In this document: positions 1-13,336 of the stretch, piece after piece
Position numbering within the stretch: position 1 is the first letter of the stretch
Layout: the number at the start of each line of letters is the position of its first letter
DNA from: Candidatus Sumerlaeia bacterium
Lineage (GTDB): Bacteria; Sumerlaeota; Sumerlaeia; SLMS01; JANRJK01
NCBI GenBank assembly: GCA_033764015.1
Contig: JANRJK010000002.1
Coordinates: forward strand, 32,001-96,000
DNA length: 64,000 nucleotides
Direction of reading: 5' to 3'
The notes under the pieces: model-generated
The model's database searches: none
What the model was told of the DNA's origin: nothing
What the model saw: the letters and a program-made list of their open reading frames with translations, nothing else
Position numbers and translations under genes: made by a program

Positions 1-2792
<2,792 letters not shown>

Positions 2793-2930
2793 GCGGTGCG
2801 GACTCGGCGGTTACGATTCCTTCGGACGAAAGGCCAAGAAATGCACCACGGCGGCGGACCGCCGGGCAACGATTTAGCGAACGCCCCCGCTGGAAAGTTG
2901 CGGCCTCCCGCCCAGGGGGGGGCGCCGCGG

Positions 2931-3944
2931 TCAGCCGGTGCGGGCGAAGTCCTCGGCGGCCTTGCCGTAGCCGTGCGGATGCGCCTGGTGCCAGGCCCAG
3001 GCGTCGGAGACGATGGTTTCCAGCTCCGGCTTGCGGGGGCGCCAACCGAGAGCCTCGCGGGCGAGCTGCGACGACGCGACCAGACGGCTCGGGTCGCCCG
3101 CGCGGCGCGGCGCCCGCACCGCCGGGATCTTGTGGCCCGTCACCTTGCGGCACGTGTCGATCACCTGCTTCACCGAGTACCCTTGGCCGTTGCCGAGGTT
3201 GCAGGTGAGCGGCTCGCCGCCGGCCCAGAGGTGGTTCAGCGCGCCGAGGTGCGCCGCCGCGAGGTCCTCGACGTGGATGTAGTCGCGGACGCAGGTGCCG
3301 TCCGGCGTGTCGTAGTCTTCGCCGAAGACGCTCACATTGGCCCGCTTGCCCAGCGCCACCTGGAGGACGACCGGGATCAGGTGCGTCTCCGGGTCGTGGT
3401 GCTCGCCGAACTGGCCGCTGGCGCCCGCGGCGTTGAAGTAGCGCAGCGCCACGTAGCCGAGGTCGTAAGCCGCCGCGTAGGCCGCGAGCGTCTCCTCGAT
3501 CATCAGCTTGGTCCGCCCGTAGGGGTTCGCCGGGTTCGTGGGGTGGTCCTCGGTGATCGGCGTCGACTTCGGTTCCCCGTAAACCGCGGCGGTGGAGGAG
3601 AAGACGATGTGGGGCACCTCGGCTTCGCGCATGGCGGCGAGCAGCGATAGCGTGCCGGCGACGTTGTTCTCGAAGTACTTGCGGGGGTTGGTGACGGACT
3701 CGGAGACGAGCGAGGCGGCGGCGAAGTGGATCACGCTCTCCACGTCGAAGCGCTCCATCAGGTCGGCGACCTCGGCGGTGCGCCGGATGTCGCCCTGGAC
3801 GCTGACCACGCGCTCGTCCACCGCGCCGCGGTGCCCGGTCGCGAGGTTGTCGAGGACGATGACGGTGTCGCCGCGGCGCCGGAGCGCCTCGACGGTGACG
3901 CTGCCAATGTAGCCGGCGCCGCCGGTGACGAGGACTGAGGGCAT
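2931..3944 (-). CDS. galE: UDP-glucose 4-epimerase
   Basis: VLVTGGAGYIGS, FSSTAAVYG, YGRTK, LRYFNAAGA, DGTCVRDYIHV; AGGAGG upstream of ATG 3944. Confidence 0.95.
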   Translation of the reverse strand: MPSVLVTGGAGYIGSVTVEALRRRGDTVIVLDNLATGHRGAVDERVVSVQGDIRRTAEVADLMERFDVESVIHFAAASLVSESVTNPRKYFENNVAGTLSLLAAMREAEVPHIVFSSTAAVYGEPKSTPITEDHPTNPANPYGRTKLMIEETLAAYAAAYDLGYVALRYFNAAGASGQFGEHHDPETHLIPVVLQVALGKRANVSVFGEDYDTPDGTCVRDYIHVEDLAAAHLGALNHLWAGGEPLTCNLGNGQGYSVKQVIDTCRKVTGHKIPAVRAPRRAGDPSRLVASSQLAREALGWRPRKPELETIVSDAWAWHQAHPHGYGKAAEDFARTG

Positions 3945-3993
3945 GGGAGGACCTCCTGGACCGTGGCCCGGCGGCCGGGCCGCCGGGGCTGCT

Positions 3994-5577
3994 TCACGCG
4001 AAGACGGAGACGTCGATCTTCGGGAAGATATTGTCCTTGTACTCGTAGTCCTCGAGAACGACCTCGTCAATAACTCCCGCCATCAACTGGTCGTAAATCG
4101 TGTTGAAGCGGTGCAGGTGCTCGCGGGTGCGCCGCTCCGCGTAGTTCACCATGGTCTTCATCTTCATGATGAAGGCCCAGTCGCTCGACTGCGCGAGCAG
4201 CAGCTCCCGCAGCGCCTGGTTCAGCGCCCGCTGCTGCACCGGCGTCGGGTCCGGGAAGCGCGCCACGAGCTGCTGCATGCGCTCCGCCGCCTTGTGCAGG
4301 TGCCGGTAGATCCAGTCGTTCGACTGGTCGATCCAGACCTCCGAGTAGCCGTTGTTCCCCCAGCTCGAAAGCGAGGGCATCGCGACCTGGTTGCGCGGGT
4401 AGCGCTCGAGGTAGCCGCTCGGCGTGATCAACTCGATGTCGTCCTGCTCCGCCGTGCGGCGGATCAGGCGGTCGAGGAACTCCGGCCCCTCGTACCACCA
4501 GTGGCCGAACAGCTCGGCGTCGTAGGGCGCGACGATGATCGGCGGGCGGTCCATGAGCGAGGCGAGGTGCAGCGACTGGTGCTGGCGGTTGAAGAGGAAG
4601 TCCGCCGCGTGCTCGTCCGCCGCCTGCAGCGCCTCGGCGCGCCGGTAGGGCTGCTTGTCGTGCAGGTCGCGGGTGCCGGAGATGCGGTAGTACTTGATGC
4701 CGGTCGCCGTGCGGATGCCGCTCTCATGGATGTACGGGCGGATGTAGTCGAGGTCGAGGTCGAAGCCGATGTCGCGGTAGTACTCGCGGTAGCGCGGGTC
4801 GCCCGGATAGCCCTCCGCCGCGGACCAGACGCTGCGGCTCGACTCGACGTCGCGGGCGAAGGCGGAGACGCCGAGCGGCGTCTGGATCGGCGCGAAGACG
4901 CCGTAGCGCGGGCGCTTGTTCGCGAACAGCAGCCCGTGCGAATCGACGAAGAAGTAGCTGATCCCGGCTTCCTTCAGGTACGCGTCGACGCCCGGGAAGA
5001 ATCCGCACTCCGCGTTCCAGATGCCCTTAGGCGCCCAGCCGAAGGTGTTCTTGAAGGACTGCACTCCGACCAGGATCTGCGCGCGCACAGCCTTCTCCTG
5101 CTGCCGCAGCACGGGGAGGAACCCGTGCGTCGCGCTGCAGGTGATCAGCTCCAGGTTGCCGGACTCGGCGAACTCCTTGAACGCGTTCAGGATGCGCCCG
5201 CCGTAGCGGTGCTCGAACAGCTCGCGGACGCGGAGCAGCCGCGCGTGGTACATCTGCGCCGTTTCGGCGAATTCCGCGAGCGCCGCGGTGCGGGTCAACT
5301 CCTTCTCGGCGAGCTCGATCGACCTCCCGAGGTAGCGCAGGAAGCGCTGCCCCAGCAGCTCGTCGCCCAGCATCGCGCACAGGGTCGGTGTCAGCGACAT
5401 CGTGAGCTTCCACCGCACGCCGTCGCGCGCCAGCCCGTGGAAGATGTCGATCAGCGGGACGTAGGACTCCGTGAGCGCCTCGAAGAGCCAGTGCTCCTCG
5501 AGGAAGTCCTCATGCTCTGGATGCCGGACGAACGGCAGGTGCGCGTGCAGGACGAGGCAGAGGTATCCTTTGGCCAT
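3994..5577 (-). CDS. GH57-family 1,4-alpha-glucan branching enzyme (DUF1957 C-terminal domain)
   Basis: LVLHAHLPFVRHPE, ESYVPL, CSATHGFLP, GIWNAEC, PYDAELFGHWWYEG, RELLLAQSSDWAFI. Confidence 0.93.
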   Translation of the reverse strand: MAKGYLCLVLHAHLPFVRHPEHEDFLEEHWLFEALTESYVPLIDIFHGLARDGVRWKLTMSLTPTLCAMLGDELLGQRFLRYLGRSIELAEKELTRTAALAEFAETAQMYHARLLRVRELFEHRYGGRILNAFKEFAESGNLELITCSATHGFLPVLRQQEKAVRAQILVGVQSFKNTFGWAPKGIWNAECGFFPGVDAYLKEAGISYFFVDSHGLLFANKRPRYGVFAPIQTPLGVSAFARDVESSRSVWSAAEGYPGDPRYREYYRDIGFDLDLDYIRPYIHESGIRTATGIKYYRISGTRDLHDKQPYRRAEALQAADEHAADFLFNRQHQSLHLASLMDRPPIIVAPYDAELFGHWWYEGPEFLDRLIRRTAEQDDIELITPSGYLERYPRNQVAMPSLSSWGNNGYSEVWIDQSNDWIYRHLHKAAERMQQLVARFPDPTPVQQRALNQALRELLLAQSSDWAFIMKMKTMVNYAERRTREHLHRFNTIYDQLMAGVIDEVVLEDYEYKDNIFPKIDVSVFA

Positions 5578-5652
5578 GCGGTTCAGACGATCCTCGCTGC
5601 GGGGGCGGGCTGGATGATCATCGCGGAAGAAACCCCCCGCGGTCGCACCGGG

Positions 5653-7590
5653 TCAATCCCCGCCGCCCCGCGATGAGGCCGGGGCATCCACCCCCGCCAA
5701 CTCGCGGAACAGCCCGGCGCCGCTTGGAACCTGAAGCGACGAACCCTCGAAGTCCGCTCCCGGCGCTTCGAAGGAGCCGCCGAGCACCTTGGCGAGGAAT
5801 GCCTCGATCAGCGCGTTCGCCGAAAGGTTGTTCTCGGCGCGGACCATCCCGTGCCCTTCGTCGGGGTAGAGGAGGTAGAGCACGGGGATGCCGCGCTGTT
5901 CGAGGGCGGCGACGAGCTGGTCGGATTCGGCGCGCTTCACCCGCGGGTCGTTGGCGCCCTGGACCACGAGGAGCGGCTTGCGGATCCGGTCCGCATGCGT
6001 GAGGGGCGAGATGGAATCGAGCGCTTCGCGGCCCTCGGCGGTGGAATCGTCGCCCATGCGCTGCTGGAAGACCTTCTTCATCGCGGTCCAGTAGGGCGGG
6101 ATGGAGGCGAGGAGCGTGCGGAGGTTCGACGGCCCGACGATGTCGACGCCGCAGGCGTAGAAGTCGGCGTCGCGCGTCATTCCGACCAGCGCCGCGTAGC
6201 CGCCGTAGCTGCCGCCGACGATAGCGACGCGGTCCGGGTCGGCGGCGCCGGTGGCGATGGCGTGGCGGGCGGCGTCGAGCAGGTCGTCCTGCATCGCCTT
6301 CCCCCACTGCAGGTCGCCGGCGTTGACGAAGCGTTTCCCGAAGCCGGTCGACCCGCGGAAGTTGACCGAGAGCACCGCGTAGCCGCGGTCGGCGAGCCAC
6401 TGGTGCCAGGTTGAGAAGCGGTACGAGTCGCGCCACCAGGGGCCGCCGTGTACCAGCACCACGAGGGGCGCAGGCGCGGCGTCGGGCCGAGTGAGGTAGC
6501 AGACCAGCGGCAGTCCGTCGCGGGACTCGACTTCGAGCGCCTCCATGGGGCGGAGACGTTGCGAGGCGAGGTCGGCGCGGGTGGAGAACAGCAGCCGCGC
6601 GGCGCCCTCGGCCCGGTCAAACAGGTGGTACTCGACGGGGCGGGCGGGGTCGGTGGACTCGATGAGGAGTAGCAGCTGGTCGAGCGTGCGCGACACGATG
6701 CGGTAGCCCTCCGGGAAGGCGGCATCGAGGGCGCGGACCGTGCCGGCCCAGTCCGGCGCGACGGCTTGCCAGCGCGTCTTGGCGTGCTCGAAGCACACGG
6801 CGAGGGGTTCGCGGGTCCGGGGGTCGGCGAGCGTCTCGCCGGCATCGCAGCGGGGGTCCTCGGCGAGCAGCTCGACCGCGCCCGATTCGAGGTCCATGCG
6901 GCAAAGCGCCGCCGTGTCGCGACCGCGGCTGTCGCGCAGGTAGAGCCAGCGTCCGCGCGAGTCGTAGCCCATGATCTCGGTGGTCATCGTCTCGTCGGCC
7001 GGGAGGCGCAGGAAGACCTCGCCCGCGCGCGGCCCGTCGAGGCGGGTGTAGGTGAGGTCGCCGTTCTCCTCGAAGCGCGAGCCGAGGAAGCCGGTGAGGT
7101 CCCGGCGGAAGTCGAAGCCGGCCCAGCCCGCCTCGTTGCGGAGCACCTCGCGCGACTCGCCGCTGCGCAGGTCGATGGTCCAAACGTCTTGGTACCTCGG
7201 ATCGCGGTGGTTCAGGCCGACCACCACCCGGTGCGGATGCTCCGGCGAGAGGTTCTGGATCGTGACACGCACACCCTCCTGCGGCGTGAGCAGGCGCCCC
7301 GGGCCGCCGTCGAGCGGGTAGGCGAAGAGCCGGTAATTCTCGTCCCCGGCGGTGTCCTGTTGCACGAGGAGGTGGGCGCCGTCGTAGGCCCATCGGTAAA
7401 CATGGACTCCGCGGCCGGCGTCGCGCGTGACCGCGCGGGGGGCGGCGGAGTCGGCGGTGGGCGCGACCCACAGATTCTTGACGCCGTCGAGCGGCGCCAA
7501 CCACGCGAGCCATTGGCCGCAGGGGCTGATGGTCGCCTCGGACCGGTCGGGATTGCCGAAGAGGAGCTTGCGCGGGATCAGCGTGGCCAT
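5653..7590 (-). CDS. S9-family (prolyl oligopeptidase/acylaminoacyl) peptidase
   Basis: Real start MATLIPRKLLFGNP inside the longer ORF; VHGGPW, GGSYGGY, QGANDPRV, DEGHG. Confidence 0.93.
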   Translation of the reverse strand: MATLIPRKLLFGNPDRSEATISPCGQWLAWLAPLDGVKNLWVAPTADSAAPRAVTRDAGRGVHVYRWAYDGAHLLVQQDTAGDENYRLFAYPLDGGPGRLLTPQEGVRVTIQNLSPEHPHRVVVGLNHRDPRYQDVWTIDLRSGESREVLRNEAGWAGFDFRRDLTGFLGSRFEENGDLTYTRLDGPRAGEVFLRLPADETMTTEIMGYDSRGRWLYLRDSRGRDTAALCRMDLESGAVELLAEDPRCDAGETLADPRTREPLAVCFEHAKTRWQAVAPDWAGTVRALDAAFPEGYRIVSRTLDQLLLLIESTDPARPVEYHLFDRAEGAARLLFSTRADLASQRLRPMEALEVESRDGLPLVCYLTRPDAAPAPLVVLVHGGPWWRDSYRFSTWHQWLADRGYAVLSVNFRGSTGFGKRFVNAGDLQWGKAMQDDLLDAARHAIATGAADPDRVAIVGGSYGGYAALVGMTRDADFYACGVDIVGPSNLRTLLASIPPYWTAMKKVFQQRMGDDSTAEGREALDSISPLTHADRIRKPLLVVQGANDPRVKRAESDQLVAALEQRGIPVLYLLYPDEGHGMVRAENNLSANALIEAFLAKVLGGSFEAPGADFEGSSLQVPSGAGLFRELAGVDAPASSRGGGD

Positions 7591-7731
7591 GGGGGGCGGT
7601 CCGTGGTGGGGTGCGACGCCACCTTGGCCGGGGCCACCGCCCGGTGGCAACCTCCCCCACAGCCCTGTTGCCCCGCCGCGCTCCACCGGGGCGGATAGCC
7701 TCCCAGCCCACGGAGGCTCCCGCACCGCATC

Positions 7732-9336
7732 GTGACCACCCTCGACCCGCAGATCCAGCGCCGCCGCACCTTCGCGATCATCTCGCACCCGGACGCCGGC
7801 AAGACGACGCTCACGGAGAAGTTGCTGCTTTACGGCGGCGCGATCCACCTCGCAGGCGAGGTGAAGTCGCGCCGCTCGGACCGCTCCGCGCGCTCCGACT
7901 TCATGAGCATCGAGAAGCAGCGCGGCATCAGCGTCTCGACCGCGGTCATGCAGTTCCCCTACCACCAGTTCCAGTTCAACCTGCTGGACACGCCCGGCCA
8001 CCAGGACTTCTCCGAGGACACCTACCGCACGATCTGCGCGGCGGACTGCGCGGTGATGCTCGTGGACGCGGCGAAGGGCGTGGAGCCTCAGACGGAGAAG
8101 CTGTTCCAGGTCTGCCGCCTGCGCGAGATGCCGATCTTCACCTTCATCAACAAGATGGACCGCGAGGGGCGCGACCCGCTGGAGCTGATGGAGGAGATCG
8201 AGAAGCTGCTCGGGATCCACTGCGTGCCGGCGAACTGGCCCATCGGACGCGGGCGCGACTTCGGCGGCGTCTTCGACCGCTTCAGCCGCGAGGCGATCCT
8301 CTTCGAGCGCAGCGAGAAGCGCGGCCTCGGCGCCGAGGACCTCCGCGTCGCCATCGAGGATCCCCGTGTGGAGGAGGCCGTCGGCATCGTCAGCCACCGC
8401 GAGTTCCTTGAATCCCTCGAGCTTGTCGAGGGCGCCGGCGAGGAGTTCGACGAGAAGCGTTTCCTCGCGGGCGACATCACACCGGTGTTCTTCGGCAGCG
8501 CGCTCACCACCTTTGGCGTCGAGCCCTTCATGGAGCGCTTCGGCGAGCTGGCGCCGATGCCCTCGCCGCGGCATACGACGAGCGGGATCCGCGGCCCGGA
8601 GGAGGCGGAGTTCTCGGCGTTCATCTTCAAGATCCAGGCGAACATGGACAAGAACCACCGCGACCGCATCGCCTTCGCGCGGCTCGTCTCGGGCCAGTTC
8701 AAGCCAGGGATGGAGGTGCTCCACGTCCGCGAAGGCCGCAAGATGCGCATCAACAACGCCACCACGTTTTTCGCCAACGAGCGCGAAGCGGTGGAGGAGG
8801 CGTGGGCCGGCGACATCATCGGCCTCTACGACACCGGCACGTTCCGCATCGGCGACACGCTGACGCAAAAGTCGTCCTTCGTGTTCGAGGGCATCCCGCG
8901 GTTCTGCCCCGAGAAGTTCGCCCGCGTGCGCACCCCGAACCCGCTGAAGCGCAAGCACCTCGACAAGGGCCTGCTCCAGCTCAGCCAGGAGGGCACCGTG
9001 CAGGTGCTCCGCAATCCGGAGCTCGGCGACCAGGAGCAGGTGCTCGCGGTCGTGGGCCACCTGCAGTTCGAAGTGGCGGCGCACCGGTTGAACGAGGAGT
9101 ACAACGTCGAGGTGCAGCTCGATCCGCTGCCCTTCGCCGCGGCGCGCTGGGTGGTCGGCTCGCCGACCGAGGTGAAGATGCTGAACCGCAGCGGGATCAG
9201 CGCGGTGCTCGAGGATTCGCTTGGGCGCCCGATCGTCCTCTTCCGCGACGACTGGACGATGAAGCACGCGATCCGGAATTACGATAAACTGCAATTTCTG
9301 GCCGCCGCGCCGGACACCGCCCCGGAAAAAGACTAG
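7732..9336 (+). CDS. prfC: Peptide chain release factor 3
   Basis: RRRTFAIISHPDAGKTTLTEKLLLYGGAI, DTPGHQDFSEDTYRT, FKIQANMDKNHRDRIAF. Confidence 0.97.
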   Translation: MTTLDPQIQRRRTFAIISHPDAGKTTLTEKLLLYGGAIHLAGEVKSRRSDRSARSDFMSIEKQRGISVSTAVMQFPYHQFQFNLLDTPGHQDFSEDTYRTICAADCAVMLVDAAKGVEPQTEKLFQVCRLREMPIFTFINKMDREGRDPLELMEEIEKLLGIHCVPANWPIGRGRDFGGVFDRFSREAILFERSEKRGLGAEDLRVAIEDPRVEEAVGIVSHREFLESLELVEGAGEEFDEKRFLAGDITPVFFGSALTTFGVEPFMERFGELAPMPSPRHTTSGIRGPEEAEFSAFIFKIQANMDKNHRDRIAFARLVSGQFKPGMEVLHVREGRKMRINNATTFFANEREAVEEAWAGDIIGLYDTGTFRIGDTLTQKSSFVFEGIPRFCPEKFARVRTPNPLKRKHLDKGLLQLSQEGTVQVLRNPELGDQEQVLAVVGHLQFEVAAHRLNEEYNVEVQLDPLPFAAARWVVGSPTEVKMLNRSGISAVLEDSLGRPIVLFRDDWTMKHAIRNYDKLQFLAAAPDTAPEKD

Positions 9337-10466
9337 GCCCCTTCCGCGGACGCCACGCGCGCGCTCAGCTCCAGGAAATCCGAAGCGATCAGGTCCCAGC
9401 GGTACCGCCCGGAAACAAGCGCGCGCGCGTTCGCCGCCATCGCCGCCCGCTCCCCCTGCGGCATCGCCCGGAAGCGCTCGACCCCCGCGGCGATCTCGCC
9501 CGCATCGGGGAGCGCTCCGAGGTTGAGCGCTCCGCCAATAGCGAAGAACTCCCGCATGTTCACCGCCTCCGTCAGCAGCAGGGGTACGCCGTGGGCCGCC
9601 GCTTCGAGGACCGCCATGCTCATGCCCTCTGAACGCGATGGCAGGACGAACGCATCGACGGAGCGCAACAGCGCTTCCTTCGCTTCGCCATCGACCGGGC
9701 CCGCGAAACGCACGCGGTCCTCGACCGAATAGGTGCGTGCATCGCGCTGCAACGAGGCGAGGCAGCCGCCTTGGTCGGGCCCGGCGATAATCAATTCCGG
9801 CATGGGAAATCGGAGGGCCGACCACGCCTCGATCAATTCCCGGATTCCCTTTTTCTCGTGGAGCCTTCCGAGGAAAAGGAACCGCTCGGGTACATCGCCG
9901 CGGATCGTGGCGGGAGGCTCGGACAGCTCTACCGCGTTCGGCAGCACACGCACCGTGGCGCCGGGCAGGGCGGCGACAACCGCGAACGCCTCGCTGTCGT
10001 TCAAGGCTCGGATGGCTGCGGCGCCGCGGAGGTTGCGCTCCTCGTAGAGCCGCCACGCGAGGCGCTTCCGCGAGGCGCGGTGGCGCAGCGCCCAGCCATC
10101 GAGCATCCCGTGCGGGTGGACGATTCGCGGCGCGTGCGCCGAGGCGGCGACGGCGCTGGTCCACATCCAGAGCCCATGCGACGAAAGCACCGAGGGCACC
10201 CCTTCGGCGAGGAGCGCGTCTAGGCGGCGCTTCAGCGCCGGCGACCAGCCGAAGCGTTCGGGCCCAAGCACCGGGAACAGTTCGAGCGGAACCGGATCCC
10301 ACGCGGCGGCGTCCTCGTCGGAGAACTCGTCGCGGAGCGCGAGCGCGCGCACTTCGGCCCCCGCCGCGGCGCAGGCGCGAGCCAGCCCGCGCACCGAGTG
10401 GAACATGCCCCCCGCGCGGCGCGAGGCGCTCGCCACCAAGAAGATGATGCTCGGCACGGCGGTCAC
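9333..10466 (-). CDS. GT4-family glycosyltransferase
   Basis: HGLWM, HPHGML, FLGRLHEKKG, LPSRSEGMSMAVLEA; start placed at the GTGA overlap with the upstream stop (ATG 10481 is an alternative). Confidence 0.88.
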   Translation of the reverse strand: MTAVPSIIFLVASASRRAGGMFHSVRGLARACAAAGAEVRALALRDEFSDEDAAAWDPVPLELFPVLGPERFGWSPALKRRLDALLAEGVPSVLSSHGLWMWTSAVAASAHAPRIVHPHGMLDGWALRHRASRKRLAWRLYEERNLRGAAAIRALNDSEAFAVVAALPGATVRVLPNAVELSEPPATIRGDVPERFLFLGRLHEKKGIRELIEAWSALRFPMPELIIAGPDQGGCLASLQRDARTYSVEDRVRFAGPVDGEAKEALLRSVDAFVLPSRSEGMSMAVLEAAAHGVPLLLTEAVNMREFFAIGGALNLGALPDAGEIAAGVERFRAMPQGERAAMAANARALVSGRYRWDLIASDFLELSARVASAEGA

Positions 10467-11524
10467 GGGCGGTCCGGCCATGGGGCGAGCGCTTCCGCGA
10501 GCAGCCGTGCGGCGAGCGGGGCGCGGGCCGGCTTCGCCAGCTCGACCAGCTCCCACAAGTGGGCGGCGAAGCGCTCCGGCCCCCACGCGGCGGCGATGCG
10601 CAGGCTCTCGGCGGAGAACTCCGCGCGTCGCGCCTCGCAATCGATCATGCGCTCCGCCGCCAGGGCGGGCCGGGCCGGATCGACGACGAAGCCGTTGCGC
10701 CCTTCCACGATCAGGTCCCACGCGGCTCCGGCGCCGGGAGAGGCGATCACCGGGAGCCCGGAGGCGATGGCCTCGCCGATGACGAGGCCCCACTGGTCCC
10801 GCTCGGCGAGGTGCAGCAGGCCGGCGGCGCGCTGGTAGAGCGCGGCGACGTCGCCGGGAGGCAAGCCGCCCGCGAAGTGGACGCTCGTTGCGAACCCCCG
10901 GTCGCGGCACTGCTGTTCGAGGCCCTCCCGCTGCGGGCCGTCGCCGACCAGCACCAGCGGTAGCGGCGAGTCGGCGATTCGCCGGTAGGAGCCGTAGGCG
11001 TCCAGGGCCGCGGCGTGGCCCTTGCGCGGGACCATCCGCGCGACCGCCAGCCAGTAGCGCGGGGGAATGCCGGGCGGTGGCGTCGGCGGATCCGCGCCGG
11101 GGCGGAACACCTCCACATCCACCACGTCGTACCCGTCGCGGACCGCGCCGTCGAATCCCAGCGCCTGAATGTATTCCCGCGAGCGGGATCCGGAAACCAG
11201 CGCTGCGGAAAATCCCCGGAGCAGCGCGGCCTTGACCGATTCCCCGGGCGCGCGCCGCGGAAAATCGTCCGCCTTGCTGTCGGTCATCAGGATCGCGGGC
11301 ACGCGGCGCCTCAGGCACCATGCAAGCGCCTCGCGGCACGCGCGGCGAGAATATCCCGGAATTGCGACCGCGCGCGGCTGCTTCAGGTCGAGAAACGCGG
11401 AAGCAGTGACTTCCGACCCGGCGAACTCGAAAGGCGTCACGGGCCCGCGGGCCGAAGCTGCGCGCAACCGCGCCAAGTGGTGCGGCTCGAAGCGCGCCGC
11501 CAGGAGCGCGAGGGGAGCCGTCAT
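10463..11524 (-). CDS. GT4-family glycosyltransferase
   Basis: VARMVPRKG, LVGDGP, DQWGLVIGEAIASGLPVIAS, EGRNGFVVDP. Confidence 0.88.
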   Translation of the reverse strand: MTAPLALLAARFEPHHLARLRAASARGPVTPFEFAGSEVTASAFLDLKQPRAVAIPGYSRRACREALAWCLRRRVPAILMTDSKADDFPRRAPGESVKAALLRGFSAALVSGSRSREYIQALGFDGAVRDGYDVVDVEVFRPGADPPTPPPGIPPRYWLAVARMVPRKGHAAALDAYGSYRRIADSPLPLVLVGDGPQREGLEQQCRDRGFATSVHFAGGLPPGDVAALYQRAAGLLHLAERDQWGLVIGEAIASGLPVIASPGAGAAWDLIVEGRNGFVVDPARPALAAERMIDCEARRAEFSAESLRIAAAWGPERFAAHLWELVELAKPARAPLAARLLAEALAPWPDRP

Positions 11525-12831
11525 GCGGGAACGGCGCGCCGTGCACGGGCGGGCGTCTCGCGGACGCGCATGGAGTCAGGCGCCTTTCGGGCATAAAGAT
11601 AAGTCGCAAAGGCGCAGGCCGCGAAAAAGACGAATTGCGAGGATGCCCATGCGACATGGTGCGTGACCAAGTGCATTCCGTGCACCACCATGGCGGGATA
11701 AATCATGGTCGCGACGGGATAACCGGGGCTTTTCGCAACCTCCCAGAAGTAGCGGTAGAAGCGCGCGTAAAGTGCGAACAGGAGTGCTCCGAAAAACCAG
11801 AACTGCTTGTACGCCGTGTACGCCCCGGTGAGCGTCAGGCCGGTGGTCAATTGCAGCTCGACCGCGGATCGCAATTCCGTCGAGTCGGGTTCCGCGCCAA
11901 ACTCGAGCAGCAGCGCCTCCTTGCGTTCGCGGCCCACGAACTGCGCCGGGATGTAGAAGCCCACGACCTGGTTCCAGAAAAGGGAGCCGTACTCCCAGCG
12001 GCCACTCTCGGTGGCGGCCTGCATGAGGTGGAATCCGTACTCCGTTTCGGAGGCGTTGTCCCCCGCGCCCGCAGCCTCGCGGGCGAGTCCGGCCCCGAGG
12101 TCGATCTTCGCCAGTTCCGCCAGTGTGACCTCGCGGTCCTCCAGCGCGGCGCGGTACGCCGGAATCGCGAAGATGAACAGCACGCCGGCGAGCGTGCCCG
12201 CGATCAGGAGCGTCCTGGTGGGGCGCCAGCCGCGCACGATGTGAAGCGCCAACGCTCCGCTGAGCAGCATCGTGAACGTCATCGCGCGACGGCCGAACAC
12301 CACTTGGGGGAGCGGCCCCGCTAGCGCGACCGCCAGGGCCAACGCCGTGGCCCACTGCGGCCGCCGCAGGTAGAGCAACGCGCAGAGCGCCACCGCCGGC
12401 ACCCCAACGGTCGCCACGAACGAGTAGCGCAGGATCGAGCCGGTCCACTGGCTGCTCCAGTAGTCCGGGTGCGTGCGGACCTTGTAGAAGAAGTAGGCGC
12501 CGACCGCTCCCATCACGAGGGCCGCGTGGAAGAGCCTCCGCCAGTCGGTCTCCGGCCGGAACCACGCCAGCGCGGCGGCGGTGGGCGCGCCGCGGTAGCC
12601 GAGCCCGCACGCGGCCGCGCACAGGCACAGCATCAGGAGCCCCCGCTGGAGGACTTCCGGCTGCATCGCGTCGGGGTCCGAGAGCAGCGCCAGCACCTGC
12701 GGCCCTTGGAAGCCGAGGAACGCCGCGCCCATGAAGAAGGGGAACTCGAAGCAGCGCGCGGGATCGCGGACGGCGGGCCACACGAGCAGCGCGCAGACCC
12801 CGAAGAACGCGAGCGCGAGGAGCAGCGTCAC
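11521..12831 (-). CDS. Polytopic membrane protein, probable Wzy-like polysaccharide polymerase
   Basis: About 10 hydrophobic segments, a large soluble loop, GRR motif, coupled to two GT4 genes. Confidence 0.6.
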   Translation of the reverse strand: MTLLLALAFFGVCALLVWPAVRDPARCFEFPFFMGAAFLGFQGPQVLALLSDPDAMQPEVLQRGLLMLCLCAAACGLGYRGAPTAAALAWFRPETDWRRLFHAALVMGAVGAYFFYKVRTHPDYWSSQWTGSILRYSFVATVGVPAVALCALLYLRRPQWATALALAVALAGPLPQVVFGRRAMTFTMLLSGALALHIVRGWRPTRTLLIAGTLAGVLFIFAIPAYRAALEDREVTLAELAKIDLGAGLAREAAGAGDNASETEYGFHLMQAATESGRWEYGSLFWNQVVGFYIPAQFVGRERKEALLLEFGAEPDSTELRSAVELQLTTGLTLTGAYTAYKQFWFFGALLFALYARFYRYFWEVAKSPGYPVATMIYPAMVVHGMHLVTHHVAWASSQFVFFAACAFATYLYARKAPDSMRVRETPARARRAVPA

Positions 12832-12838
12832 GCCGCCC

Positions 12839-13336
12839 TCACTCCTCCGGGTCCGCGGGGGCGATGCTCATGTAGGGCGGCAGCGGGAACGACTGCGCCA
12901 ACTGGCCGAACGCGAGCGTCCTCGCCATCACCGTGGCACCGTAGGAGAAGCCGCAGCCGTTGAACTCGAGGCGCACGTCCCCGCCGCCGAGCTCGACCAG
13001 CGACTGGCCGATGATCTCTGCGTACATCTCCGGCGTGTTCACAAGCACTCCCACCGGGATCGCCACGCAGTCGGCGCGCTCCTCCGCCTTGCCGGGAAGC
13101 AGGCCGTCCGGCGGGCAACCCGCCCGCTGCGCGCGCAGCAGGAAGGCTTCGAGAAGGTCCTCCGCGGCGCAGCGGTCCTTCGCGCGGATTTCGAGGCGGC
13201 GCTTCATCCAGTCGAAGTCGAACGCCGCATTCACCTTCTTGCCGTCGCGCGACTCGGCGGTTTCCCGGAGTGCGCGGAACAGCTCGGACGGGCCGAAGCT
13301 GCTGGCGAGGCGCCAGTACTTGCGGGGCGCGCTCAT
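12839..13336 (-). CDS. Hypothetical protein (165 aa)
   Basis: MSAPRKYWRLASSFGP...; ATGA overlap with the upstream stop; fills the operon gap. Confidence 0.7.
   Translation of the reverse strand: MSAPRKYWRLASSFGPSELFRALRETAESRDGKKVNAAFDFDWMKRRLEIRAKDRCAAEDLLEAFLLRAQRAGCPPDGLLPGKAEERADCVAIPVGVLVNTPEMYAEIIGQSLVELGGGDVRLEFNGCGFSYGATVMARTLAFGQLAQSFPLPPYMSIAPADPEE

Noticed and set aside
7732..9336. Functional link between prfC and the in-frame TAG at 47068
   Set aside because: RF3 is a general housekeeping factor, looks canonical and lies about 38 kb away.
5653..10302. 1549-aa ORF suggesting a giant peptidase fusion
   Set aside because: Only 5653-7590 is the S9 peptidase; the rest is antisense to prfC or off-frame in the GT4 gene.
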